A DNA stretch of 64,000 bases from a bacterium (GTDB taxonomy: Bacteria; Electryoneota; JAOADG01): NCBI GenBank assembly GCA_963681965.1, contig OY820579.1, positions 480,001 to 544,000 on the forward strand, read 5' to 3'. Positions 11,229 through 20,932 of the stretch are shown one piece after another; within the stretch, counting starts at the first letter, position 1, and the number at the start of each line of letters is the position of its first letter. Position numbers and translations under genes: made by a program. Below the pieces are notes generated by a model, which saw only the letters and a list, made by a program, of their open reading frames with translations, searched no databases and was not told the DNA's origin.

Positions 11229-11431
11229 TTTATTAGATCGATGTATCATTACTGTGATACCAGTTCAACTTCGAATTATTGGAGCAATTAAACTCATCGA
11301 GTGATCTTCACTTTCTTAAACAATTCGATGCGATTTTTGTCAAAAGAACAAGTGCAGGCAGCACACAATTACGTCCATTAGGTATTTATTCAATTTCGAT
11401 TGATTGAGCATTAACGTAACCGGGCAACGGA

Positions 11432-12421
11432 ATGCGATTCACGATTTACGCACTTCTTCTAATATTGGGTCTACTTATTCATGCCAGTTCAGGGCAAAGT
11501 TTGCAGACTGTAAGCGGCGACCTACGAGTCTATTTTCTCGATGTCGGAAAAGCCGATGCGATTTACATTGTATGCCCAACCGGTGAGCATTCCATGCTGA
11601 TCGATGCCGCCGACTCCAGTCTACCGGAAAGTGCCGAGAAATTTCGATCCGAATTACAGAAACTAACCGGTGGGTTGAATCAAAAAATCGATGTCGTCGT
11701 TGCTTCGCATGGCGATAAAGATCATATCGGCAATATGAAATGGGTGCTGGATAATTATCGGGTTGAGCGGTATCTGGACAATGGCAGCAATACCGGTACC
11801 GGGTTATATCGAGAATTGCAAATTCGGATTGCTGACCTAAAACAGATCAACCCCGGTTTTCGTTACCATTCACTTGCTACAGTCGAACCTATCTTCGCCG
11901 ATTTTTGTCCTGCTGAAAATGTGTCGGTAGAAATTTTGAATCGCGCCCCGATCAGCGAATTTTCCGATGAGAACAATCGATCGATCATCTTACGGTTGGA
12001 TTACAATACAACCTCTTTCCTCTTTCCCGGTGATGCCGATAAAGAATTGGAAACGTCGCTTCTCATCGGTCATGCAAAGCTAACAGCCAACGTTTTGAAA
12101 GCTGCTCATCACGGCGGTAATTCTGCATCCTCGAAACTTTTTCTTGAGGTAATTCGTCCCGATTATATCGTGGTAACGAGTGGAAAACCCAATTTCGATG
12201 TCTCCCAAAAACATTTATTACCCCAGCGAAAAGCCATCGATAGAATGAACGAAATTGTACCGGGATCACAATTCCGTAAGGATTTAATACCGGCATACGA
12301 CAAAAAAACAAATCAATGGCAACAGATACCAGTGAAACAAAATATTCTATTTCCATATCTCGATGGAACGATCGAAATCAGATCCGATGGCACAAGATTG
12401 ACTCTTCACGACTCGAAGTAA
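11432..12421 (+). CDS. Secreted ComEC/Rec2-like metallo-beta-lactamase-fold hydrolase
   Basis: Signal peptide; FLDVGKADA, SHGDKDH, ENNRS, FPGDA, LKAAHHG. Confidence 0.85.
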   Translation: MRFTIYALLLILGLLIHASSGQSLQTVSGDLRVYFLDVGKADAIYIVCPTGEHSMLIDAADSSLPESAEKFRSELQKLTGGLNQKIDVVVASHGDKDHIGNMKWVLDNYRVERYLDNGSNTGTGLYRELQIRIADLKQINPGFRYHSLATVEPIFADFCPAENVSVEILNRAPISEFSDENNRSIILRLDYNTTSFLFPGDADKELETSLLIGHAKLTANVLKAAHHGGNSASSKLFLEVIRPDYIVVTSGKPNFDVSQKHLLPQRKAIDRMNEIVPGSQFRKDLIPAYDKKTNQWQQIPVKQNILFPYLDGTIEIRSDGTRLTLHDSK

Positions 12422-12530
12422 CACCGATTCTCGACTAAATCGTCGAATCCTAAATCGACTATTTCGTCGAGAACCGCAACAAATCATTATATGCGATTTT
12501 TAAGATTTTATTAATACAGATTTATAAATG

Positions 12531-12545
12531 TGGCACAACTTCTGC
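12531..12545 (+). promoter_or_regulatory. Putative sigma54 (-24/-12) promoter
   Basis: TGGCAC-AACTT-CTGC versus consensus TGGCAC-N5-TTGC, with AT-rich upstream DNA, ~120 bp before the operon. Confidence 0.6.
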
Positions 12546-12666
12546 TAATGATAGAATCAGGGTTACGCTTTTCAATTGAATATTCCAATGGTAGCATTCG
12601 CAATCTCGCATGCAATGCACTTCGGTAATCTCAGTAATGATCCATCATCAGACAAGGAAGTACATC

Positions 12667-14226
12667 ATGCTACCCAGAACTAAAATAAATTACTCGCATA
12701 TTTCCTGTTTCATCCTATTGCTTTTAGCAATCGCACAATTTGCAATTGCAGTACCCTATCCCGGCTATACGCTGTATTGTCCAAACAACGGTCGGTACAC
12801 TTATCTGAAGAACTTGAGCAACACGACGGTTCACAGTTGGACGCATTCTCGCAGCGGTGGCTACTCCTGCTACTTGCTCGAAAATGGCGACTTGATTCGA
12901 TCAGCCGTTTCTTCGAGCAGTTCGATGAATGGTGGCGGTGCCGAAGGGATCGTGCAGAAGTACAATTGGAGTGGAACGCTAATTTGGGAATACACTTATA
13001 GTACGACTACCTACCGGTCTCATCATGACATTTGTCCGATGCCGAACGGCAACGTGATTTTAATTGCATGGGAATCGAAAACTGCAGCACAGGCTGTCGC
13101 TGCGGGTTTAAGTAGAAGCTCGGCAATTTGGCCGGATCATTTGGTCGAAGTACAACCGAGTGGTTCCACCGGCGGTACGATCGTATGGCAGTGGCACGCA
13201 TGGGATCATTTAATTCAAGCGTACGATGCATCGAAAGCAAATTACGGCGTTATTGCCGATCATCCGGAATTGCTTAATCTTAATTGCGGCAGCAGCGGTG
13301 TCGGACCGGGTGGCGGTGATTGGATGCATGTCAATTCGGTTAGCTACAATCCCACATTGGATCAAATAACGTTCTCATCGCACAATTTGAATGAACTGTA
13401 TGTAATCGACCACAGTACAACTACCGCCGAAGCGGCAACCCATACTGGTGGTCGGTGGGGGCGCGGCGGCGATTTCTTGTATCGGTGGGGTAATCCGGCA
13501 AACTACGGCACAACCGGAACACAAGTTTTCGATGTCGTGCATTGTGCGTGGTGGGTTCCGGCTGGTTTACCGGGTGCCGGACATATTCTTGCATTCAACA
13601 ATCGCTCTTCATCATCAACGTCGATGATCGTCGAAATCGTACCGCCAATGGATACGCTTGGAAATTATACTCGCACGACACGCACTGCGTTTGGTCCAGC
13701 ATCTCCGGTGTGGAGCTACACCGCGACCGGGTTCTATTCGCAGCATCTCGGCGGCAATCAACGACTACCGAACGGCAATACGATGATCGCCGAAGCGACG
13801 AGTGGCAATCTCTTCGAAGTCGATTCCGCAGGTCGAACCGTTTGGAGTTACACACCCGGCGGTGAAATCGTACGTGTTTTACGATACGGTACCGAATATC
13901 CCGGCGTAGCAATTCTTGGCACTGAGGAGGAAGTTGCCGCACTTCCCAACTCCGTTCATTTACTTTCGAACTATCCCAATCCATTCAATTCATCTACCAA
14001 GATTAATATTAAAATCGATAAACTTGCTTCGGTAAAACTGTCGATCTATAACGCCAATGGCGAATTAATCAGCAAACTGGTCGATGGAAGACTCATTGCA
14101 GGCGATCACAATTTCGATTGGAATGGGAAAAACATGAATGGAATGTCGGTAAATTCCGGAGTTTATTTCTGCAGGCTTCAGTCCGGATCAACTGTGCAAA
14201 CTAGAAAATTGGTGCTAGTTAAATAA
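12667..14226 (+). CDS. Arylsulfotransferase (ASST) family beta-propeller with T9SS/FlgD-type C-terminal domain
   Basis: SHHDI, DWMHVNSVSY, LYRWGNP, QRLPNGNT; NYPNPFN C-terminus. Start after AAGGAAG RBS. Confidence 0.85.
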   Translation: MLPRTKINYSHISCFILLLLAIAQFAIAVPYPGYTLYCPNNGRYTYLKNLSNTTVHSWTHSRSGGYSCYLLENGDLIRSAVSSSSSMNGGGAEGIVQKYNWSGTLIWEYTYSTTTYRSHHDICPMPNGNVILIAWESKTAAQAVAAGLSRSSAIWPDHLVEVQPSGSTGGTIVWQWHAWDHLIQAYDASKANYGVIADHPELLNLNCGSSGVGPGGGDWMHVNSVSYNPTLDQITFSSHNLNELYVIDHSTTTAEAATHTGGRWGRGGDFLYRWGNPANYGTTGTQVFDVVHCAWWVPAGLPGAGHILAFNNRSSSSTSMIVEIVPPMDTLGNYTRTTRTAFGPASPVWSYTATGFYSQHLGGNQRLPNGNTMIAEATSGNLFEVDSAGRTVWSYTPGGEIVRVLRYGTEYPGVAILGTEEEVAALPNSVHLLSNYPNPFNSSTKINIKIDKLASVKLSIYNANGELISKLVDGRLIAGDHNFDWNGKNMNGMSVNSGVYFCRLQSGSTVQTRKLVLVK

Positions 14227-14302
14227 CACGTCAACCTTCTTTAAGAGTATCGCTGTCACCGGATCATCGCTCGCATGATACGATGACTAGGAAAGGACAA
14301 CA

Positions 14303-15247
14303 ATGATTAGCCGTCGACTTTATTCAACACTCGCTTTGGCGGTAATACTTGCACTGCTTAATTCGTGTAGTAAAGACAGTTCAACTAGTCCGACCACAAC
14401 CAACACCGATCCAGCCGGGATGGCGAAGATTGCGGCAAACAACCATAGTTTCTCAATGGGATCGACGACTGGTTTAACTGACGAACTACCGGTTCACACG
14501 GTGAGTTTCACCCACGATTTTTGGATGGACCGCACCGAAGTAACCCAATCGGATTACAATAGTCTGATGCAACAATATTATTCCGGCTATCTCGCACCGA
14601 CGTGGTCGGCGACTTATGGCTTAGGCAATCAATATCCCGTGTATTCGATTTATTGGGGCGATGCCGCGCTATACTGCAACGCCCGAAGTCGCCGCGATGG
14701 ACTCGATACGGTTTACAGCTATTCAGCCATTTCCGGAACTCCGGGTCGTCTTTGTCAATTGGTTAATGTTGTAATCGATTACACGAAAAACGGCTATCGG
14801 TTGCCAACCGAAGCGGAGTGGGAATTTGCTGCTCGTGGCGGTTCGACAAACGACTACTATTGGGGAAAAAATTACAATCCCTATCCCAACAGCAATAGCG
14901 ATTCAACTGAATTCAATCGCTATGCCGTCTGGACCGCCAATTCGTTGTCGCTGGGAATCGATACCAGCGCTTATGGAACTCACATTGTTGGATCCAAGCT
15001 CGCCAATTCATACGGTTTGTATGACATGATTGGTAATCTGTACGAGTACTGCAACGATTGGTTCGGTGACTATTCCAGCACAGCCAGCTCCAATCCGACC
15101 GGTCCAACGAGTGGTACAACTCGGTGTATCCGGGGTGGTAGTTGGGGTAACAATGCCGATTACTTACGCGTTTCGACCCGTGATTTTAATCCAGCCGGTT
15201 ACGAATTCTATTTCGTCGGATTTAGAGCTGTTCGAACGATATTCTAA
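14303..15247 (+). CDS. FGE-sulfatase (SUMF1-like) domain lipoprotein
   Basis: Lipobox LNSC; FSMGS, TEVTQ, YRLPTEAEWEFAARGG, GLYDMIGNLYE, RGGSW, GFR. Confidence 0.9.
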   Translation: MISRRLYSTLALAVILALLNSCSKDSSTSPTTTNTDPAGMAKIAANNHSFSMGSTTGLTDELPVHTVSFTHDFWMDRTEVTQSDYNSLMQQYYSGYLAPTWSATYGLGNQYPVYSIYWGDAALYCNARSRRDGLDTVYSYSAISGTPGRLCQLVNVVIDYTKNGYRLPTEAEWEFAARGGSTNDYYWGKNYNPYPNSNSDSTEFNRYAVWTANSLSLGIDTSAYGTHIVGSKLANSYGLYDMIGNLYEYCNDWFGDYSSTASSNPTGPTSGTTRCIRGGSWGNNADYLRVSTRDFNPAGYEFYFVGFRAVRTIF

Positions 15248-15270
15248 TCGACTTGAAAGACTGACTGACA

Positions 15271-17643
15271 ATGAAAACCGCGTCCATGGTTCTCGGTTCG
15301 GCATTCATTCTAGCCATACTACTCTTGGCTCTACCGGAGCGATGTGACGCGGTTGTCATTAACGAGATTTTAGCGGACAATACTCAGACGATCCGCGATC
15401 AAAATGGAAATTACGACGACTGTATCGAGCTGTACAATCCATCCGATCAATCCGTCCGTCTGAGTGGTTATTTTCTCTCCGACCGACTAACCAATCATAC
15501 AAAATGGCAATTCCCCGATACATCCATCGCTGCTCATAGTTACCTGATTGTGTGGGCTGATAACGAACCAACGCAAACCGGTTTACATACCAATTTCGGA
15601 ATTTCCCGATCCAGCGAATCAATTATTTTCAGCGATGCACAAGCACGAATTGTCGATTCGATTTCCATCGGTATGCAGATGATGGATGTATCATTCGGAC
15701 GATTTCCCGATGGTTCTGGCGCATTCCGGTTTATGTATCCAACGATCGGGTATACGAACCGATTCGATGGTCCCGGTATTGTCGATCCGGCAGTCGATTT
15801 CTTCGGCGACACCACCATTTACCGTATTCGCCTCAGTTTTTATACACCGAAGTGGCGCGATTCACTTCAGTATAATTTCGAAGTGTTGAACAAACAGTAT
15901 ATGCCCGCACGAATGATTATCAACGATACCCTCGTGCTCGATAGTATCGGCATACGCTACAAAGGGAATTCATCTTATACCAACTCACGAAACACCCCGA
16001 AGAAACCATTGAAGATCAGCTTCAATCATTATAAAAGCGATCAAACGCTGGCGGGAATGCACCGCTTGAATTTTCATAACGGCGTCAGCGATCCCAGCTT
16101 TTTACGGGAAAATCTTGCATACAAAATCGCAAGACGATATCTCCCGGCATCGCGAACGGCATATGCCGATGTTTATGTAAACGACACGTTGCTGGGTTTT
16201 TATTCGTTAGTCGAACAAGTGGATAAAGTCTTTTTGAGCAAATTCTTTACTCACAATGGCGGCAACCTTTTTAAAGCATCGAATGACGGTGCATCACTGC
16301 AGTACCTCGGAACCAAAAAATCACCGTACAAGAATCAGTATGTGCTGAAAACGAATGAGGATCTTGACGACTGGTCCCATTTTATCAAATTAACCGACCT
16401 GCTTGCCAATACTCCCGATTCGGTTTTCATCGACACACTATCACGATATCTCGACCTCGATTGGTGCATTCACGCACTGGCGTTCAATACTGTATTATCG
16501 AATTACGACAGCTATACCGGTTCAGGAAGAAATTTCTATTTATACGACGATCCAACTTCTGGGTTGTTCCAATTCATTCCCTGGGATATGAACGAAGCAT
16601 TTGGCGTATACACCAATAGCTGGAATACAACCACTCAAGAAATCGTCAATGCATCGAATTTGGCGATACGTCCACTCGTTCGTCGAATCATGAGTAACGA
16701 TTCATTGCGATCCAATTACCTCCGGTATATCACCGAAATGAGCACCGGCATTGCCAGCTACGATTCGATCGCGATCATGGCAGACGCCTTTCACGCCGCG
16801 ATTGCCAGCCATGTTCTAGCAGATACGAACAAACTTTATAGCTCGCAATTCTTCATCGATAATCTGAATAGTAGTGTTACTGTAGGAATAGCTCGACAGA
16901 TTCCCGGCATAAAATCGTTTATTCGCGATCGATCGGCTAATATTCGCACACAACTGGCAAGCGAGTGGGTGTATCCCGGCGATACCGATGACAATGGGGT
17001 CGTCGATGCGTACGACATCGTTCCATTGGGTCTCTACTTTGCTGCTCAAGGAACAACCCGCACCAGTGGCAACAACACTTGGTTCATTCAACGTTCTGCA
17101 CCCTGGGGTAATCGCGCTACTACCTATGCCGATGCAAATGGCGACGGAATCGTCGATGAGCGCGATATCGTGGCAATCGGTATCAATTGGAACTGTCGTC
17201 ACCACATTTATTCCACTACTGCAACCATGAGTCGACTCGATCCTTCACTGGTATCATTACACCATGCCGATTTCCTGAGAATTTATCGCTCACTGTCCGG
17301 TGATAGTGAACCAATTCTGTCTATGAAAAAAGTGTTGGAAGAATTACTCGAAATTGAAGCTACGTCTATCGTTCCGATCGATTTTTCACTAGACCAGAAT
17401 TACCCGAATCCATTCAATAATTCGACGACGATTCGATTCGGATTACCCGCAAGCGGTCCGGTAAAATTATCGATTTACAATGCACTCGGCGAAAAGGTCG
17501 CAGAACCGTATGTACGCAAAAACGTCACTGCAGGTTATCATACTGCTGTGATCGATGCGCGAGAATTATCATCCGGACTCTATTTCTATCGCATCGAAAC
17601 CAATTCAGGCAGTAAACTGCGAAAAATGGTATTGGTGAAGTAG
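15271..17643 (+). CDS. CotH kinase family protein with lamin-tail domain, dockerin-like repeat and T9SS CTD
   Basis: VVINEILADN (LTD); GIRYKGNSS, DPSFLRE, YSLVEQVD, NFYLY, IPWDMNEAFG (CotH); GDTDDNGVVDAYD / ADANGDGIVDERD (dockerin); NYPNPFN. Confidence 0.9.
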   Translation: MKTASMVLGSAFILAILLLALPERCDAVVINEILADNTQTIRDQNGNYDDCIELYNPSDQSVRLSGYFLSDRLTNHTKWQFPDTSIAAHSYLIVWADNEPTQTGLHTNFGISRSSESIIFSDAQARIVDSISIGMQMMDVSFGRFPDGSGAFRFMYPTIGYTNRFDGPGIVDPAVDFFGDTTIYRIRLSFYTPKWRDSLQYNFEVLNKQYMPARMIINDTLVLDSIGIRYKGNSSYTNSRNTPKKPLKISFNHYKSDQTLAGMHRLNFHNGVSDPSFLRENLAYKIARRYLPASRTAYADVYVNDTLLGFYSLVEQVDKVFLSKFFTHNGGNLFKASNDGASLQYLGTKKSPYKNQYVLKTNEDLDDWSHFIKLTDLLANTPDSVFIDTLSRYLDLDWCIHALAFNTVLSNYDSYTGSGRNFYLYDDPTSGLFQFIPWDMNEAFGVYTNSWNTTTQEIVNASNLAIRPLVRRIMSNDSLRSNYLRYITEMSTGIASYDSIAIMADAFHAAIASHVLADTNKLYSSQFFIDNLNSSVTVGIARQIPGIKSFIRDRSANIRTQLASEWVYPGDTDDNGVVDAYDIVPLGLYFAAQGTTRTSGNNTWFIQRSAPWGNRATTYADANGDGIVDERDIVAIGINWNCRHHIYSTTATMSRLDPSLVSLHHADFLRIYRSLSGDSEPILSMKKVLEELLEIEATSIVPIDFSLDQNYPNPFNNSTTIRFGLPASGPVKLSIYNALGEKVAEPYVRKNVTAGYHTAVIDARELSSGLYFYRIETNSGSKLRKMVLVK

Positions 17644-17644
17644 C

Positions 17645-18166
17645 ATGAAGAACGCATACCGAATTTTTGTGATCATGATCATAGCGTTTGCATGCAATAC
17701 CGGATGCAAGAAGAACAGTAGTAACCCCGTGACACCGCAAGCGCCGATGCAGATGACAATCACTCCGGAGCGCATCCAAACAACGGTTGGGAGTAGTATT
17801 CAGCTTGAACTATCGCTCGCGAATGTAACGGGTTCGGTGTTCGCTGTTGCTACGCAAATTGAATACGACAATCGGGTATTGCAATTCGATTCGTCCGCTT
17901 CCGAGTCCGGTCTCTGGATCGGAAATAGTAGCATCAACTTCGCTCATGCCGATAGCGGTGTGATTCACCTTTCGATCTCCCGGCTTCGCGGCGATACACC
18001 GTGTTTGGGAAGCGGAACGATTGCACGGTTGAAATTCATCGCCATTTCCTCCGGTACGACACAAGTAACGGTACCGGTTGACCAATTGCATTTATACGAT
18101 TCCAATGGAACCGAACTCGGCAACACCGATCTTGATAGCGACAGCACTACTGTTATTGTGAATTAA
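17645..18166 (+). CDS. Cohesin-domain lipoprotein
   Basis: Signal peptide with Cys; VGSSIQLELSL, IEYDNRVLQF and GSGTIARLKF match the cohesin beta-sandwich pattern. Confidence 0.75.
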   Translation: MKNAYRIFVIMIIAFACNTGCKKNSSNPVTPQAPMQMTITPERIQTTVGSSIQLELSLANVTGSVFAVATQIEYDNRVLQFDSSASESGLWIGNSSINFAHADSGVIHLSISRLRGDTPCLGSGTIARLKFIAISSGTTQVTVPVDQLHLYDSNGTELGNTDLDSDSTTVIVN

Positions 18167-18214
18167 TCGTTCGAATTTCATCGTGATTTCGCAACGGCTA
18201 AAAGGACAATCAAA

Positions 18215-19300
18215 ATGAATTTCTATTCGAATTCACTTTCAAAACGTCGACTCTGGGTGGTAATCGTCATCGCTTTGTTGATGTTACAATCAGCGACGAT
18301 TCCCTATCGACACCAATTTCGGATGCCGCTGTATTTAACTCCGGTAACAATATGGAAATTGAAATTGGACGGTTCCGGACAAGTGACGGGAATCTGGCAG
18401 AAATCGTCACTACGCGAACAGGTGAGTTACTTGATGTTTCATTTCAATCGTCCCGATATCGTCGATATCCGATTAAGCGATCAAATGAAAGAGGGTAATC
18501 GAATCCACAAGGGCGATGTCGTCGGGTGGGTACAGTCGCGCGAAATGAATCGCTCATTGCCGGTAACCGAGGCGCAATTGAAGCACGCACAAGCTGAGGA
18601 ACTCGCATTAAAAGCCGGTGGCAGGACCGTCGATATTAAAGTTGCGCAAGAAAATTTAAAATCCGCTGAAATTGCGATGAATGCATACGAACCGGAATTT
18701 CAGCGATTTCGATCACTATTCGCGACGAAGCAAGTTGCCGAGGCTGAATTTCAACAGATTGAAAGTAAGTACAATTTACTCAAATCGGCGTATGAATTGG
18801 CTTTAGCCAAAGTCCATGCCCTTGAAGCCGGTAGCCGCAATGAAGATGTATTGGTTGCTCAAGCCGAAGTAGATCGGTTGAATCAACAACTCACGAAGGA
18901 AAAAAATATTCTTGGCAATGAAGAACCGATTTACTCGCCAATCGACGGCATCGTTCAGCTTGGTGGAGAACGCGATGTATTATTTGCAATTCAACGAACC
19001 GATACCCTCGACGCCACATTAATTCTCCCCGACAGCTATGCACCATTTGTAAGACTTGGGAAACCGGTGTCGGTGCAATTGTTTGCATCGCCGGAGGACA
19101 AACTCACCGCTACGATTTCCAATCTCGAATATTGTGCCGGCGATACTGCCGGGATTCGCGCACACATGTTGTTGCCCAATCCCACGGGGTCGCTTAGTTC
19201 CGGAATGGAAGGGTTTGGCGTGGTCTACAGCGATCGCATGACGCTGTTAAGGAGTCTGCGAATTCGTTCGTCGCAGTGGAATCAACTTTGGTCGCTCTGA
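18215..19300 (+). CDS. HlyD-like membrane fusion/periplasmic adaptor protein
   Basis: N-terminal TM, EGNRIHKGDVV and IYSPIDGIV lipoyl halves around a long coiled coil. Confidence 0.8.
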   Translation: MNFYSNSLSKRRLWVVIVIALLMLQSATIPYRHQFRMPLYLTPVTIWKLKLDGSGQVTGIWQKSSLREQVSYLMFHFNRPDIVDIRLSDQMKEGNRIHKGDVVGWVQSREMNRSLPVTEAQLKHAQAEELALKAGGRTVDIKVAQENLKSAEIAMNAYEPEFQRFRSLFATKQVAEAEFQQIESKYNLLKSAYELALAKVHALEAGSRNEDVLVAQAEVDRLNQQLTKEKNILGNEEPIYSPIDGIVQLGGERDVLFAIQRTDTLDATLILPDSYAPFVRLGKPVSVQLFASPEDKLTATISNLEYCAGDTAGIRAHMLLPNPTGSLSSGMEGFGVVYSDRMTLLRSLRIRSSQWNQLWSL

Positions 19301-19309
19301 GCCGGCATC

Positions 19310-20059
19310 ATGTTTCAAGATAGTTTTCTTCGAAAAGAGTTGAAGTTTTACGTCCCGTCGCAGAAGATTGGACCGCTACGCAACTATATCCTGCGATACA
19401 TGGAATACGATCCATTTTGTATCGGTCGTCCCAATATGTTATACAGCGTCAGGAGTATTTATTTCGATACGCCCCATTATCTATTTTTCTTCGAAAAAAT
19501 CGGCGGTATTGATAAACGAAAAAAATTACGGATTAGAACTTACAACGAACCGAATGAATTTGCGCCGGCATTTTTGGAGATTAAGAATAAATTCACCGAT
19601 AACATTTTCAAAGAACGCGCCAAAGTGCCGTTAATGAATATTACCGAAGTGCTTGACGGATTCGATAATGAGACTGGTGAAAATGTTTCAACGGCATCGC
19701 GAAAAGCACTCAACAAATTTATCTTTCTTGTGCATGGTCTCAATCTAATCCCGCGAGTTCTTATTAGCTATGAACGGGAAGCATTCGTCGGTCTGGATGA
19801 CCCGGATGTCCGGATAACGTTTGACATCGACGTTCGCAGTTATCCCAACCCTTCACTGGACGACTTCTTTCGCGAAGCCGATTTGATTACGATTTCCGAC
19901 CCGTATTTCATCCTCGAAATAAAATTTTTCAATCGCATGCCGATCTGGACAAGACAGCTAGTCAGCACTTTCGGTCTCCAGCAAGAATCAATTTCTAAAT
20001 ACTGCAATGGATTGGAAGCTTGGGTTCCATCCTTGCAAGGATTAGGATCGCTCTTATGA
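19310..20059 (+). CDS. VTC (polyphosphate polymerase/CYTH-like) domain protein
   Basis: RKELKF, YSVRSIYFDT, KLRIRTY, FLEIK, YEREAF, RITFD, ILEIKF, SKY. Confidence 0.9.
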   Translation: MFQDSFLRKELKFYVPSQKIGPLRNYILRYMEYDPFCIGRPNMLYSVRSIYFDTPHYLFFFEKIGGIDKRKKLRIRTYNEPNEFAPAFLEIKNKFTDNIFKERAKVPLMNITEVLDGFDNETGENVSTASRKALNKFIFLVHGLNLIPRVLISYEREAFVGLDDPDVRITFDIDVRSYPNPSLDDFFREADLITISDPYFILEIKFFNRMPIWTRQLVSTFGLQQESISKYCNGLEAWVPSLQGLGSLL

Positions 20060-20739
20060 ACCTATTGAACAACGTTCCGTTAACCGCATATCCGTTGACG
20101 ATCATTGAGATTATTCTCAATCTTGGATTGGCATTTACGCTCGGTTTGACAATTACCGGTGTTTATCGACTCACCAATCGCAATCAACCAATCAGTTCAT
20201 CGTACGTCATAACGTTAGTCCTGCTGACGATGGTTATTGCGTTGGTAATGATGATTATCGGCAATAGTATCGCGCGGGCATTCGGTTTAGTCGGTGCATT
20301 ATCGATCATTCGATTCCGAACTGCAGTGAAAGACAATCGCGATATCGCCTACGTCTTTTTCGCGATTGCCGCCGGTATGGCTGCCGGTGTCGGCAATTAT
20401 CTCTTGTCAATCTACGGAGTCGGGTTCCTGTGTCTTTTGTTGTTGCTGCTCGATTTCTTGCATTTCGGAAGATCCCGCAGCGGGTTGTATGTTTTGCGAC
20501 TGCAAATGACACAAACCGCTTCTACCAATCACGATTTGGAAACGATTTTCAATCAGTATCTTTCCGACTTCCGGCAGCTAGCGTTGAAATCGATTCGGAT
20601 GGGCCAGATGCTGGAGTACACTTATAACGCTAAACTTCGAGATGTAAAAAAACTATCGGAATTTGTTACTACCCTGAGCACACTGGAAGGTGTCGAACGG
20701 GTCAATATGCTGGCGGACGACGAGGAACCGGAGTCGTAA
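20056..20739 (+). CDS. DUF4956 family membrane protein
   Basis: NSIARAFGLVGALSIIRFRTAVKD signature; ATGA overlap with the VTC stop. Confidence 0.9.
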   Translation: MNLLNNVPLTAYPLTIIEIILNLGLAFTLGLTITGVYRLTNRNQPISSSYVITLVLLTMVIALVMMIIGNSIARAFGLVGALSIIRFRTAVKDNRDIAYVFFAIAAGMAAGVGNYLLSIYGVGFLCLLLLLLDFLHFGRSRSGLYVLRLQMTQTASTNHDLETIFNQYLSDFRQLALKSIRMGQMLEYTYNAKLRDVKKLSEFVTTLSTLEGVERVNMLADDEEPES

Positions 20740-20758
20740 GAATTATTCATGTAAAAAT

Positions 20759-20793
20759 AAAACTGCGACGAGTATGATCCTCGTCGCAGTTTT
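20759..20793. terminator. Bidirectional intrinsic terminator
   Basis: AAAACTGCGACGAG-TATGATC-CTCGTCGCAGTTTT. Confidence 0.8.
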
Positions 20794-20806
20794 CATTTAT
20801 TGTGAT

Positions 20807-20911
20807 TCTTGAAAATATGTTGTCATGATTCGGTGTCAGGCTTCGCCTGACCTGCGGGCGGACGCGGGGGTCCGCCCCTACTACCGATAACAACTCATTT
20901 TCAAGAGATAC
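20807..20911. repeat. Intergenic REP mosaic
   Basis: GTCAGGCTTCGCCTGAC and GGGCGGACGCGGGGGTCCGCCCCTAC, enclosed by TCTTGAAAAT...ATTTTCAAGA. Confidence 0.8.
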
Positions 20912-20932
20912 TATAGATCTGTCGGAACCGAA

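Noticed and set aside
14303-15247. FGE-domain gene as a DGR target or active formylglycine enzyme
   Set aside because: No template repeat or reverse transcriptase in the window, and the catalytic Cys pair after RGGS is absent.
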